In this document: positions 14,481 through 23,349 of the stretch, one piece after another
Layout: every line of letters begins with the position of its first letter
Position numbering within the stretch: the stretch's first letter is position 1
NCBI GenBank assembly: GCA_965233095.1
Contig: CBDDRR010000275.1
Location: 59,479-83,478 of the forward strand
From: an uncultured bacterium
GTDB taxonomy: Bacteria; Pseudomonadota; Gammaproteobacteria; Steroidobacterales; XN24
Direction of reading: 5' to 3'
DNA: 24,000 nt
Program-made: the position numbers and the translations under genes
The notes under the pieces: model-generated
Databases searched by the model: none
Told to the model about the DNA's origin: nothing
What the model saw: the letters and a program-made list of their open reading frames with translations, nothing else

Positions 14481-15938
14481 GTGAACGCTCCCTCGAAGAT
14501 TCCGGTGCCCAGCACGCCGGTCCAGGACCCGCTGGCAGAACGGGTGTTAGCCACTTTCGAGGCGCAGCGGCCCACCGCTCTGCGCTGGCGCACATCCACC
14601 GCCGTGGAGCGGATCGAACGTATCCGCAGACTGCGCGACGCGGTTCTGGCGGCAGCACCCGCCATTCGCGCCGCGGCGGCGGCCGACTTCCGCAAGCCGG
14701 AAGTCGAAGTGGACCTGACGGAAATCTTCACCGTCGTATCCGAAGCGAACATGGCCATGCGCAGACTCAAGCGCTGGATGAAGCCGACTCGCGTCGGGTT
14801 CTCGCCGCTGATGGCCGGCACTCAGGGACGCATCGAATACCAGCCGCGCGGCCGCTGCCTGATCGTTTCGCCGTGGAATTACCCGGTGAATCTCAGCTTC
14901 TGCCCGCTGGTGCTGGCGCTCGCCGCCGGCAACACCGCCATCGTAAAACCTTCAGAGATGACGCCACATCTGTCGGCGCAGATGCAGACAATCATCGACG
15001 CGACGTTTCCTGCAGAAGAAGTCGCGCTGTTCCAGGGCGACGCAGAACTCGCCAAGACCCTGCTCGACCTTCCCTTCGACCACATTTTTTTCACCGGGGC
15101 ACCCGCCCTGGGCAAGGTGGTGATGGCTGCCGCTTCGCACCATCTCACCAGCGTCACCCTGGAGTTGGGCGGCAAGAGCCCGACCATCATCGACGCCAGC
15201 GCCGACCTCAAGGCGGCCGCGCACAACGTGTGCTGGTCCAAGTTCATGAACAACGGGCAGACCTGCATCGCGCCCGATCACCTGTTTGTACACGCCTCGG
15301 TCGCCGACGAGTTCCTGGACCTGCTGCGCCAGCGGCTGGCGGAAGTCTTCGGCAAGGATGACGAGGCGCGTTTCCTGTCGCCCGATCTCGCGCGCATCGT
15401 CAACGCCCGCCACACCTCCCGCGTGCGGCGACTGCTGGACGATGCGCGTCAGCGTGGCGCAACCGTCGCCGTCGGTGGTGACGTGCGGGAAGAGCACTGC
15501 TACGTCTCACCAACGATCCTGGAACGAGTGCCGGACGACGCCGCCATCCTGCGGGAAGAGATCTTCGGGCCGCTGCTGCCGGTGATCCGGTTTGGCGAAC
15601 TCGACGAGGTCATCGACAGTATCAACGGCGGCGAAAAGCCGCTCGCGCTGTACATCTGGGGCAAGGACCGTGCACGCATCCGCCGCGTGCTGGACCGCAC
15701 CTCCTCGGGTGGCGCCTGCGTCAACAACACCGTCGTGCAGGCCCTGCACCCACTGCTGCCGTTCGGTGGCGTCAACCATTCAGGCCTTGGCAGCACGCAT
15801 GGCGAGTTCGGCTTCCGCACGTTCTCACACGCTCGCGCCGTCGCCGATACCCGCATCGGGCTGGTTCGGATGTTCTATCCACCCTACACCGAACGCGTGA
15901 AGCGCCTCATCGCGATGACCTTGCGCTGGTTCGCATAG
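14481..15938 (+). CDS. NAD(P)+-dependent aldehyde dehydrogenase (class-3 / fatty or coniferyl aldehyde dehydrogenase-like)
   Basis: 485 aa. ELGGKSP (general-base Glu) and NNGQTCIAPDH (catalytic Cys). GTG start with GGAGA 7 nt upstream. Confidence 0.85.
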   Translation: MNAPSKIPVPSTPVQDPLAERVLATFEAQRPTALRWRTSTAVERIERIRRLRDAVLAAAPAIRAAAAADFRKPEVEVDLTEIFTVVSEANMAMRRLKRWMKPTRVGFSPLMAGTQGRIEYQPRGRCLIVSPWNYPVNLSFCPLVLALAAGNTAIVKPSEMTPHLSAQMQTIIDATFPAEEVALFQGDAELAKTLLDLPFDHIFFTGAPALGKVVMAAASHHLTSVTLELGGKSPTIIDASADLKAAAHNVCWSKFMNNGQTCIAPDHLFVHASVADEFLDLLRQRLAEVFGKDDEARFLSPDLARIVNARHTSRVRRLLDDARQRGATVAVGGDVREEHCYVSPTILERVPDDAAILREEIFGPLLPVIRFGELDEVIDSINGGEKPLALYIWGKDRARIRRVLDRTSSGGACVNNTVVQALHPLLPFGGVNHSGLGSTHGEFGFRTFSHARAVADTRIGLVRMFYPPYTERVKRLIAMTLRWFA

Positions 15939-15976
15939 CTAGAACGGTGCTGAGATCCTTCCCAGCTCCCGTGTTT

Positions 15977-16004
15977 GGCCTCGTGATCGAGGCCCCCTTT
16001 CTTC
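15977..16004 (+). terminator. Candidate intrinsic terminator/attenuator after the aldehyde dehydrogenase
   Basis: ggcctcg tgat cgaggcc (7-bp stem, 4-nt loop) followed by ccctttcttc, 39 nt after the stop codon. The T-tract is interrupted, so it is probably leaky. Confidence 0.4.
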
Positions 16005-16044
16005 GCGTCATCCTCATCCATCTCAACCCTCTGGAGAGTCAACA

Positions 16045-17223
16045 ATGAGTCAGACCGTCGTCGTCGCCGGCGTGGGCATGGTGCCCTTCACCAAGCCCGG
16101 TACTTCCGAACCGTATTACGACATGGGCGCCGAAGCGGCCCGGCGCGCGCTGGCCGATGCGGGTGTCGATTACAAACTCGTGCAACAGGCCTATGTCGGC
16201 TACGTGTACGGCGATTCCACCTGCGGCCAGCGCGCGCTGTACCCGGTGGGCATGACCGGCATTCCGGTGATCAATGTCAACAACAACTGTTCGACGGGAT
16301 CGACCGCGCTGTTTCTCGCGCGCCAGGCGGTGCAGAGCGGCGCGGCGGATTGCGTCATCGCGCTTGGCTTCGAGCAGATGAAACCGGGCGCGCTGGGTTC
16401 GTACTTCCATGACCGGCCGAGTCCTTTCCAGCCCTTCGACACCGTTTGCGACGAACTCGTCGGCCAGCCCGATGTACCGCTCGCGATCCGCTACTTCGGC
16501 GGCGCCGGCATGGCGCACATGGAGAAGTACGGCACCAAGGCCGAAACCTTCGCGAAGATCCGCGCCAAGGCCAGCCGTCATGCCATGAACAATCCGGTGG
16601 CGCTGTTCCGCAAGGAAGTGACCGTGGAAGAAGTCATGGCCTCGCCGGTGCTGATCGGACCGATGACGCGCCTGATGGCCTGTCCGCCCACCTGTGGCGC
16701 GGCGGCGGCGATCATCTGCTCCGAGAAATTCGCCAAGACCCACGGCCTGGATTCGCGGGTGAAGATCATCGCGCAGGCCATGACCACGGACACTCCGGAG
16801 ACCTTCGAGGCGCGCAACATGATGCAGCTCGTTGGTTTCGACATGGCGCGTGCCGCGGCAGATCAGGTCTATGCCAGTTCCGGCGTTGATCCCAAGGATG
16901 TCGCCGTGGTCGAGTTGCACGACTGCTTCGCCACCAACGAACTGCTGACCTACGAGGCGCTGCGCCTGGCGCCGGATGGTGGCGGCGAGAAGATGGTCAA
17001 CGACGGGGACAACACCTACGGCGGTCGGGTCGTCACCAATCCCTCCGGCGGCCTGCTGTCCAAGGGTCATCCGCTGGGTGCGACCGGCCTTGCGCAGTGC
17101 ACCGAGCTGGTCCAGCAGTTGCGCGGCACGGCCGAGGCGCGCCAGGTCAAGGGTGCGCGCACGGCGCTGCAGCACAACCTGGGCCTCGGCGGCGCCTGCG
17201 TCGTGACCATGTACCAGGTCTGA
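16045..17223 (+). CDS. SCP2/SCPx-type 3-ketoacyl-CoA thiolase (lipid-transfer-protein-like thiolase)
   Basis: VNNNCSTGSTALF (nucleophile Cys), ELHDCFATNEL (the HDCF acid/base loop of SCP2-type thiolases) and KGHPLGATG. GGAGAG lies 6 nt upstream of the ATG. Confidence 0.85.
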   Translation: MSQTVVVAGVGMVPFTKPGTSEPYYDMGAEAARRALADAGVDYKLVQQAYVGYVYGDSTCGQRALYPVGMTGIPVINVNNNCSTGSTALFLARQAVQSGAADCVIALGFEQMKPGALGSYFHDRPSPFQPFDTVCDELVGQPDVPLAIRYFGGAGMAHMEKYGTKAETFAKIRAKASRHAMNNPVALFRKEVTVEEVMASPVLIGPMTRLMACPPTCGAAAAIICSEKFAKTHGLDSRVKIIAQAMTTDTPETFEARNMMQLVGFDMARAAADQVYASSGVDPKDVAVVELHDCFATNELLTYEALRLAPDGGGEKMVNDGDNTYGGRVVTNPSGGLLSKGHPLGATGLAQCTELVQQLRGTAEARQVKGARTALQHNLGLGGACVVTMYQV

Positions 17224-17237
17224 GGGCGAGCACTTCC

Positions 17238-17696
17238 ATGATCGACACCAAGCACATTGGCCGGCAGTTGCCGAGCACGCTGTTTGAAGTGGAGAAGGGG
17301 CGCCTGCGCTTCTTCGCCAAGGCCACCGGCGAAACCCGGCCCGAGTACATCGACGAGGCCGCGGCCCAGGCGGCGGGCTACCGCAGCCTGCCGGTACCAC
17401 CGACCTTCCTGATGGGCGCGGACCTGGATGCCGGAATCATGTTCACCCTGCTCGAGGAACTGGGCGTGCCCATCGGCAACATCCTGCACGGCGAGCAGAG
17501 CTTCACCTATCACGCGCAGGTCTGTGCCGGCGACGTGCTGAAAGTGGAGTCGCGCATCGCCGACATCTATTCCAAGAAAGGCGGCGCGCTGGAATTCATC
17601 GTCAAGGACTCCGTCATCACCGACCAGAACGGCGTCAAGGTCATGGAGGCGCGCAGCGTCATCGTGGCCCGCAACCCCAAGGAGAAATCGGCATGA
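17238..17696 (+). CDS. MaoC-N/HadA-like hotdog subunit of a heteromeric (R)-specific enoyl-CoA hydratase
   Basis: 152 aa from ATG 17238, in frame with ORF 17097..17696. KGRLRFFAKATGETRPEYIDEAAAQAAGYRSLPVPPTFL and ILHGEQSFTYHAQVCAGDVL are typical of the non-catalytic N-terminal-type MaoC half. The stop overlaps the next start (ATGA). Confidence 0.7.
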   Translation: MIDTKHIGRQLPSTLFEVEKGRLRFFAKATGETRPEYIDEAAAQAAGYRSLPVPPTFLMGADLDAGIMFTLLEELGVPIGNILHGEQSFTYHAQVCAGDVLKVESRIADIYSKKGGALEFIVKDSVITDQNGVKVMEARSVIVARNPKEKSA

Positions 17697-18112
17697 GCGC
17701 CCCTGCATTCCATGAAGTGAAGGTCGGCGACGAACTGCCGACGCTGAAGCTGCCGCGCATCACGCGCACCACGCTGGCCCTGTTCGCCGGCGCCTCGGGC
17801 GATCACAACCCGGTGCACATCGATCTGGACTTCGCCAAGGCCGCCGGCATGCCGGACGTGTTCGCGCACGGCATGTTGTCGATGGCCTATCTCGGCCGCT
17901 TCCTCACAAACTGGGCACCGCAGACGCAGCTCCGTCACTACGCCGTGCGCTTCTCGGCCATCACGCCCATCGGCGCCAAGCTGACCTGCGGCGGCAAGGT
18001 GGTGGAAAAGCTCGAGCGCAACGGCGAGACGGTGGTCAAGCTGGAGATCGGCATCGTCGACGACAAGGGCGAGGTCAAGCTCTCGGGCGACGCGCTGGTC
18101 GCGCTGAAGTAG
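17693..18112 (+). CDS. MaoC-like (R)-specific enoyl-CoA hydratase catalytic subunit (HadB/ChsH-like)
   Basis: 139 aa. LFAGASGDHNPVHIDLDFAKAAGMPDVFAHGML carries the hydratase-2 D-x(4)-H motif. Confidence 0.8.
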   Translation: MSAPAFHEVKVGDELPTLKLPRITRTTLALFAGASGDHNPVHIDLDFAKAAGMPDVFAHGMLSMAYLGRFLTNWAPQTQLRHYAVRFSAITPIGAKLTCGGKVVEKLERNGETVVKLEIGIVDDKGEVKLSGDALVALK

Positions 18113-18141
18113 TCACATTCAACCCTCAGGAATCAGACTCC

Positions 18142-18966
18142 ATGAAACTCGCAGGCAAGGTGGCACTCGTCACCGGATCAGGTCGCGGCATCGGCCGTGA
18201 AATCGCACTCAAGCTCGCCTCGGAAGGCGCGGACGTGGTGGTCAACGACCTCGACGCGGCGCCCGCGGAAGAAACCGTCGCCGCCATCAAGGCCCTGGGC
18301 CGCAAGGCCATCGCCTGCCCCGGCAGCGTGACGGAAAAGGGTTTCGCCGAACGTTTCGTCAACACCGCCATCGAACAGCTCGGTGGCCTCGACATCATCG
18401 TCAACAACGCCGGCTACACCTGGGACAACGTCATTCACAAGATGAGCGATGAGCAGTGGCACGCGATCATGGACGTGCATGTCACCGCACCGTTCCAGAT
18501 CCTGCGAGCTGCCTCGGAATATCTGCGCGTGCAGACCAAGAAGGAGGCGATGGAAGGCCGCGAGGTGTTCCGCAAGGTCGTGAACATCTCTTCGATCGCC
18601 GGCACCAGCGGCAATGCGGGCCAGGCCAACTACTCGGCGGGCAAGGCGGCGGTCATCGGCCTGACCAAGGCCATGTCCAAGGAATGGGGCCGCTACAAGG
18701 TCAACGTCAACTGCGTGGCGTTTGGCCTGATCAAGACGCGCCTCACGGAAGCGGCTGCGGGTACCGACGCGAGCATCGACGTCGAAGGACGCAAGATCAA
18801 GGTCGGCGTCAACCCGGATCTGCTCAAGACGATGGAAGCCACCGTGCCCCTGGGCCGCGCCGGAACGCCGGTCGAGGCGGCAGGCTCGGTGTATCTGTTC
18901 TGCATCCCGGAATCCAACTACGTCAGCGGACAAGTGCTGATCTGCGGTGGCGGCTTCTCGATGTGA
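18142..18966 (+). CDS. Short-chain dehydrogenase/reductase (3-hydroxyacyl-CoA dehydrogenase / FabG-like)
   Basis: LVTGSGRGIGREIA (TGxxxGIG), NNAG, and YSAGK (YxxxK). Confidence 0.85.
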   Translation: MKLAGKVALVTGSGRGIGREIALKLASEGADVVVNDLDAAPAEETVAAIKALGRKAIACPGSVTEKGFAERFVNTAIEQLGGLDIIVNNAGYTWDNVIHKMSDEQWHAIMDVHVTAPFQILRAASEYLRVQTKKEAMEGREVFRKVVNISSIAGTSGNAGQANYSAGKAAVIGLTKAMSKEWGRYKVNVNCVAFGLIKTRLTEAAAGTDASIDVEGRKIKVGVNPDLLKTMEATVPLGRAGTPVEAAGSVYLFCIPESNYVSGQVLICGGGFSM

Positions 18967-18968
18967 GC

Positions 18969-20126
18969 ATGACCATGAACAAGCCCGAGTCGCCGTGGAT
19001 GAACGAGGAGCTGTCGCTGTTCCGCGACAACGTGCGCAGGTTCATCGCCACCGAAATTACGCCCCACGAAGAAGAGTGGGGCGCGCAGCAGTGCGTGGAC
19101 CGCTCGCTGTGGCTCAAGGCCGGCGCGGCCGGCCTACTGTGCACAGACGTGGCCGAGGAGTATGGCGGCGCGGGCGGCACCTTCGCGCACGAGGCCGTGA
19201 TCCTTGAAGAGCAGGCCTACGCCGGTAACACGGCCTGGGCCAAGGGCGTGCACGAGATCGTCACACACTACATCGTCGGCTGCGGGACCGCCGAGCAGAA
19301 GGCCCGCTGGTTGCCGCAGCTGGTATCGGGACAAATGGTCGGTGCGATCGCCATGACCGAACCCGGTACCGGTTCGGATCTGCAGGCTGTGCGCACGCGC
19401 GCCGAGCGTGACGGCGATCATTACATCGTCAACGGCGCCAAGACGTTCATCTCCAACGGCCATCACGCCGGGCTGCTGATCATCGTCTGCAAGACCGATC
19501 CGGAGGCCGCGGCCAAGGGCATCTCGCTGATCGTTGCCGAGCATCCCAGTACCCTGCCCGGCTTCAAGCGCGGTCGGCTGTTGCACAAGATCGGCCAGAA
19601 GGGCCAGGACACGGCGGAACTGTTCTTCGAGAACCTGCGCCTCCCGGCCGAGAACCTGCTGGGTGGCCGCGAGGGTCAGGGTTTCTACCAGCTCATGAAC
19701 CAGTTACCGCGCGAGCGCCTGATCATCGGCGTCGGCGCGATCGCCGCTGCCGAGGCGGCGATGAAACACACGCTGGCCTACGTGCGCGAGCGCAAGGCTT
19801 TCGGCAAGACGCTCATGGAGTTCCAGAACACGCGCTTCAAGCTGGCCGAGCGGCAGACCGAAATCACCATCGGTCGCGTCTTCATCGATCACTGCATCCA
19901 GAAATTGATGGAGGGCAAGCTCGACGCAGCGACCGCCTCGATGGCCAAGTGGTGGGGCACACAAAAGCAGTGCGAGATCGTGGACGAGTGCCTGCAGTTC
20001 TTCGGCGGCTTCGGCTACATGACCGAGTATCCTATCGCCCGCATGTACCAGGACGCGCGGGTACAGAAGATCTACGGAGGCACCAACGAGATCATGAAGG
20101 AACTGATCGCGCGCGGGCTGGAATGA
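18969..20126 (+). CDS. Acyl-CoA dehydrogenase, LCAD/IVD-like (catalytic Glu on helix G)
   Basis: 385 aa from ATG 18969, in frame within ORF 18456..20126; the upstream part of that ORF overlaps the SDR. AMTEPGTGSDL, QLPRERL, and C-terminal IYGGTNEIMKELIAR, which resembles the long-chain acyl-CoA dehydrogenase C-terminus. Confidence 0.88.
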   Translation: MTMNKPESPWMNEELSLFRDNVRRFIATEITPHEEEWGAQQCVDRSLWLKAGAAGLLCTDVAEEYGGAGGTFAHEAVILEEQAYAGNTAWAKGVHEIVTHYIVGCGTAEQKARWLPQLVSGQMVGAIAMTEPGTGSDLQAVRTRAERDGDHYIVNGAKTFISNGHHAGLLIIVCKTDPEAAAKGISLIVAEHPSTLPGFKRGRLLHKIGQKGQDTAELFFENLRLPAENLLGGREGQGFYQLMNQLPRERLIIGVGAIAAAEAAMKHTLAYVRERKAFGKTLMEFQNTRFKLAERQTEITIGRVFIDHCIQKLMEGKLDAATASMAKWWGTQKQCEIVDECLQFFGGFGYMTEYPIARMYQDARVQKIYGGTNEIMKELIARGLE

Positions 20127-20151
20127 CGCGCGCTGCAATGCGGATGCCGAA

Positions 20152-20763
20152 ATGAATTTCTACGAACGCCATGTGTTGCCGCACGTCGTTGACTTCGTAT
20201 GTGGCCTTCCCTCCTTCGAGAACCAGCGCCGTCGACTGGTCCCCAAAGCGCGAGGCCAGGTGCTGGAGATCGGCATGGGCACCGGCCGCAACATCCCGCA
20301 CTACCATGGATCTGACGTGGCTTGCGTCTGCGGCGTGGACCCTGGCCTGCACCCCAAAACAACCCGGCGTGCCGCGGAAAAGGGGATCGAGCTGAAGGAG
20401 GTGCCGCTCTCTGCTGAACGCATCCCGGTGGAGAACAAGAGCTTCGACACCGTGGTCTGCACATTCAGCCTCTGCACCATTCCCGATCCCGAGGCGGCGC
20501 TGGCGGAAATGCGCCGGGCACTCAAGCCGGACGGACAGTTGCTGTTCGTCGAACACGGGGCTGCGACGGACGAGGGCGTGCGCCGCTGGCAGGATCGCAT
20601 CACGCCGTACTGGAAGGTCATCGGTGGCGGTTGCCATCTGAACCGGTCGATCCATTCAATGGTGGAGAAGTCGGGCTTCCGCATCGACAACGCTTGGCAG
20701 GGCTACGTCAAAGGCCCCCGGTTCCTGAGTTACTTCTACAGCGGGACCGCGGTCCCCAGATGA
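20152..20763 (+). CDS. Class I SAM-dependent methyltransferase
   Basis: VLEIGMGTGRN (motif I) and LKPDGQLLFVEH (motif post-II/III). Confidence 0.75.
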   Translation: MNFYERHVLPHVVDFVCGLPSFENQRRRLVPKARGQVLEIGMGTGRNIPHYHGSDVACVCGVDPGLHPKTTRRAAEKGIELKEVPLSAERIPVENKSFDTVVCTFSLCTIPDPEAALAEMRRALKPDGQLLFVEHGAATDEGVRRWQDRITPYWKVIGGGCHLNRSIHSMVEKSGFRIDNAWQGYVKGPRFLSYFYSGTAVPR

Positions 20764-20773
20764 TCCCTTTCGC

Positions 20774-21673
20774 GTGAACGTCGATCTCCAGAAACCCCAT
20801 TTTTCGCTTACGCAGGTCCAGCTCCTGGGCCGTGAAGGCAACCGGCTCGCCGCCGAGCAGGCCGGCGATCCTTCCGCCATCCCGGTGATCCTGTTGCACG
20901 GCGGCGGTCAGACCCGCCACGCCTGGGCCGGCACCGCGGTGCGCCTTGCCGCCGCTGGCTATCACGTGCTGTCCTATGACGCGCGCGGGCATGGCGACAG
21001 CGAATGGTCCGCCAATGGCGACTACAGCGCCGATGCCCTGATCGCCGACCTGCGCGCGGTTGCGCGAACGCTGGCCGCGCCGCCGGTGCTGATCGGTGCG
21101 TCGATGGGAGGAATGACCTCCATGGTCGCGCTCGGAGAGCTGGATGCGTCCTTCGCGCGGGCGCTGGTGCTGGTGGATATCGCGGCGCGGCTGGAACCCA
21201 GCGGCGTGGCGCGCGTGCTGGATTTCATGCGCGCGCACACCGCGGGCTTCGCCAGCCTGGACGACGCACTCGACGCCGTTGCCGCTTACAACCCGCACCG
21301 GCCACGCCCGCGAGACACCAAGGGCCTGAGCAAGAACCTGCGCCTGCGCGCTGGCCGCTGGTACTGGCACTGGGACCCGAGATTCCTGGATCACGCCACC
21401 CGCACCCAAGCCGGCGAAGCCCTGGTGCAGCAGGAGCGCCGCGAGGCCGCCGCGCGCAAGATCACCGTGCCCACCCTGCTCGTGCGCGGCGGCAGCAGCG
21501 ACGTGGTGAGCCCCGAGGGCGCTCGCGCGATGCAGGAACTGATCCCGCACGCGGAACTCGCCGACGTGGCCGAGGCCGGCCACATGGTGGCGGGCGACCG
21601 CAACGACCTGTTCAGTGACGCCGTCATCGACTTCCTGCGCCGGCGCGTGCCCGCGACCTCCGAGGCACGATGA
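20774..21673 (+). CDS. Alpha/beta-fold serine hydrolase
   Basis: VILLHGGGQTRHAW (oxyanion region), LIGASMGG (GxSxG nucleophile elbow) and AEAGHMV (catalytic His region). GTG start. Confidence 0.75.
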   Translation: MNVDLQKPHFSLTQVQLLGREGNRLAAEQAGDPSAIPVILLHGGGQTRHAWAGTAVRLAAAGYHVLSYDARGHGDSEWSANGDYSADALIADLRAVARTLAAPPVLIGASMGGMTSMVALGELDASFARALVLVDIAARLEPSGVARVLDFMRAHTAGFASLDDALDAVAAYNPHRPRPRDTKGLSKNLRLRAGRWYWHWDPRFLDHATRTQAGEALVQQERREAAARKITVPTLLVRGGSSDVVSPEGARAMQELIPHAELADVAEAGHMVAGDRNDLFSDAVIDFLRRRVPATSEAR

Positions 21674-22077
21674 GCCCGCTGGCCTGGCCCGTCGGCTTCT
21701 ATGTGCTCTACGTATTCGCGCTGTTCCTGGCGCTGGCAGTGGTGCGCGTGCGCGCCGTGAAGCGCGGCGAGGTCGGCATCGAGTACTTTTCTACGTACTC
21801 CGGCACGCCGCCGCCGGAGAGGATGGTGGTGCTGGGCCGGCATTACGACAACCAGTTCCAGGTGCCGCTGCTGTTCATGACCAGTTGCGCGGCGTTGATC
21901 CCCTCTTCCGGCCACGACGCGCCGACGGTAGCACTGGCCTGGGCCTTCGTCGCCGCGCGCTTGCTGCATTCGTTCGTGCACCTGTTCGGCAACGTGGTGG
22001 TGCGGCGCCTGCAGGCGTATGCACTGGGCTGGCTGGTGCTCATAGTCCTGTGGGGACGGCAGCTGTTCCTGGTCTGA
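21670..22077 (+). CDS. MAPEG-family small membrane protein (membrane glutathione-transferase-like)
   Basis: 135 aa with about four TM segments. HYDNQFQVPLLF and ARLLHSFVHLFGNVVVRRL resemble the MAPEG conserved regions. ATGA overlap with the hydrolase stop. Confidence 0.55.
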   Translation: MSPLAWPVGFYVLYVFALFLALAVVRVRAVKRGEVGIEYFSTYSGTPPPERMVVLGRHYDNQFQVPLLFMTSCAALIPSSGHDAPTVALAWAFVAARLLHSFVHLFGNVVVRRLQAYALGWLVLIVLWGRQLFLV

Positions 22078-22176
22078 GAGGCCTGCCGCGCGCGGCCCAA
22101 CTCGCCGGGCCGAAGCACACCTCGATCCCGAATTCGCTGCACCTTCATTCACCTTTCTTCATACTGGAGCAACACC

Positions 22177-23331
22177 ATGGATCTGGATTTTTCGCCAGAG
22201 GACGAGGCGTTTCGCGCCGAAGTCCGCAACTGGCTGCGTGCTAACGTGCCGCCCAAGGCCGGTCCGGAAATCGGCCTGCCCAGCGACCTCGCGACGCAGA
22301 CCGCCTGGGAGCGCAAGCTCGGCGCCAAGAGCTGGCTGGCGTACAACTGGCCCAAGGAGTACGGCGGGCCGGGCTGGAGCGCCACGCAGCGCTATATCTT
22401 CGACATGGAGCGCGCGCTGGCCGGTGCGCCGGTCGGCAGCCCATTCGGCCTGGCCATGCTCGGCCCGGTGCTGATGCACTACGGCAATGACGAGCAGAAG
22501 GCCCGCTACCTGCCGCCGATCGCGCGAGGTGAGGTGTTCTGGTGCCAGGGATACTCCGAGCCCGGTTCGGGCTCGGACCTGGCCAGCCTCAAGACGCAGG
22601 CGGTGCGCTCCGGCGATCACTACGTGGTCAATGGCCAGAAGATCTGGACCACGCAGGGCCACTGGGCGAGCTACATCTTCTGCTTGTGCCGCACCAACAA
22701 CGAGGTGCCCAAGCAGCAGGGCATCTCCTTCCTGCTGATCGACATGAAGACGCCCGGCATCGAGATCCGGCCGATCATGACCATCGACGGCCATCACCAC
22801 TTGAACGAGGTGTTCTTCACCGACGTCAAGGTGCCGGCGGAACACCTCGTGGGCAAGGAAGGCGAAGGCTGGACCATCGCCAAGTACCTGCTCGGCCACG
22901 AGCGCACCGCCATCGCGGGCGTCTCCGACAGCAAGTATCAGCTCGCCCTGCTGCGCGAGGCGATCGGCAGCGAGCCCGCGCTGGCCGATGACCCGGTCGT
23001 GGCGCGCCGCCTCGCCGAGCTGGAAGTGGACCTGATGGCGCTGGAGTACACCAACCTGCGCACTCTGGATCGCCTGGCGCGTGGCAAGGCGCCGGGACCG
23101 GAATCCTCCGGCCTCAAGATCAAGGGCGCCGAGTTGCAGCAAGCAATCTCCGAGGCCCAGGTGGAACTCGGCGGCCTGTCCGCCCTGCCCTGGCTCAGCG
23201 AGGAAGGCGAAGGCCACACAGTCTTCCGCGGCGCGACCACGCGCTACAACTTCCTGCGCGCCAGCAGCATCTACGGCGGCACCAACGAGATCCAGAAGAA
23301 CGTCCTGTCCAAGCTGCTGCTTGGCCTGTAA
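22177..23331 (+). CDS. Acyl-CoA dehydrogenase family protein
   Basis: 384 aa. GYSEPGSGSDLASL, KIWTTQGHWA, and C-terminal IYGGTNEIQKNVLSKLLLGL. Confidence 0.85.
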   Translation: MDLDFSPEDEAFRAEVRNWLRANVPPKAGPEIGLPSDLATQTAWERKLGAKSWLAYNWPKEYGGPGWSATQRYIFDMERALAGAPVGSPFGLAMLGPVLMHYGNDEQKARYLPPIARGEVFWCQGYSEPGSGSDLASLKTQAVRSGDHYVVNGQKIWTTQGHWASYIFCLCRTNNEVPKQQGISFLLIDMKTPGIEIRPIMTIDGHHHLNEVFFTDVKVPAEHLVGKEGEGWTIAKYLLGHERTAIAGVSDSKYQLALLREAIGSEPALADDPVVARRLAELEVDLMALEYTNLRTLDRLARGKAPGPESSGLKIKGAELQQAISEAQVELGGLSALPWLSEEGEGHTVFRGATTRYNFLRASSIYGGTNEIQKNVLSKLLLGL

Positions 23332-23349
23332 GCAACCGAGTAAACGACC

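Noticed and set aside
14260-14484. 74-aa plus-strand ORF inside the pmoC / aldehyde dehydrogenase intergenic region
   Set aside because: It starts at a TTG with no Shine-Dalgarno site and its composition reflects the AT-rich non-coding sequence. It covers the region where the candidate promoter and operator elements lie, and nothing in its sequence is recognisable. A leader peptide cannot be excluded but is unsupported.
16039-17400. 453-aa minus-strand ORF antisense to the thiolase; also 18178..18933, 20708..21583 and 22159..23217 on the minus strand
   Set aside because: These are shadow ORFs opposite well-supported plus-strand genes (thiolase, SDR, hydrolase, ACAD). The translations lack any family signature.
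20774-21673. Idea that the alpha/beta hydrolase is an epoxide hydrolase that detoxifies epoxides made by the monooxygenase
   Set aside because: Alpha/beta-fold epoxide hydrolases use an Asp nucleophile and an HGxP oxyanion motif. This protein has a Ser nucleophile elbow (GASMGG) and HGGGQ, so it is a serine hydrolase of unknown substrate.
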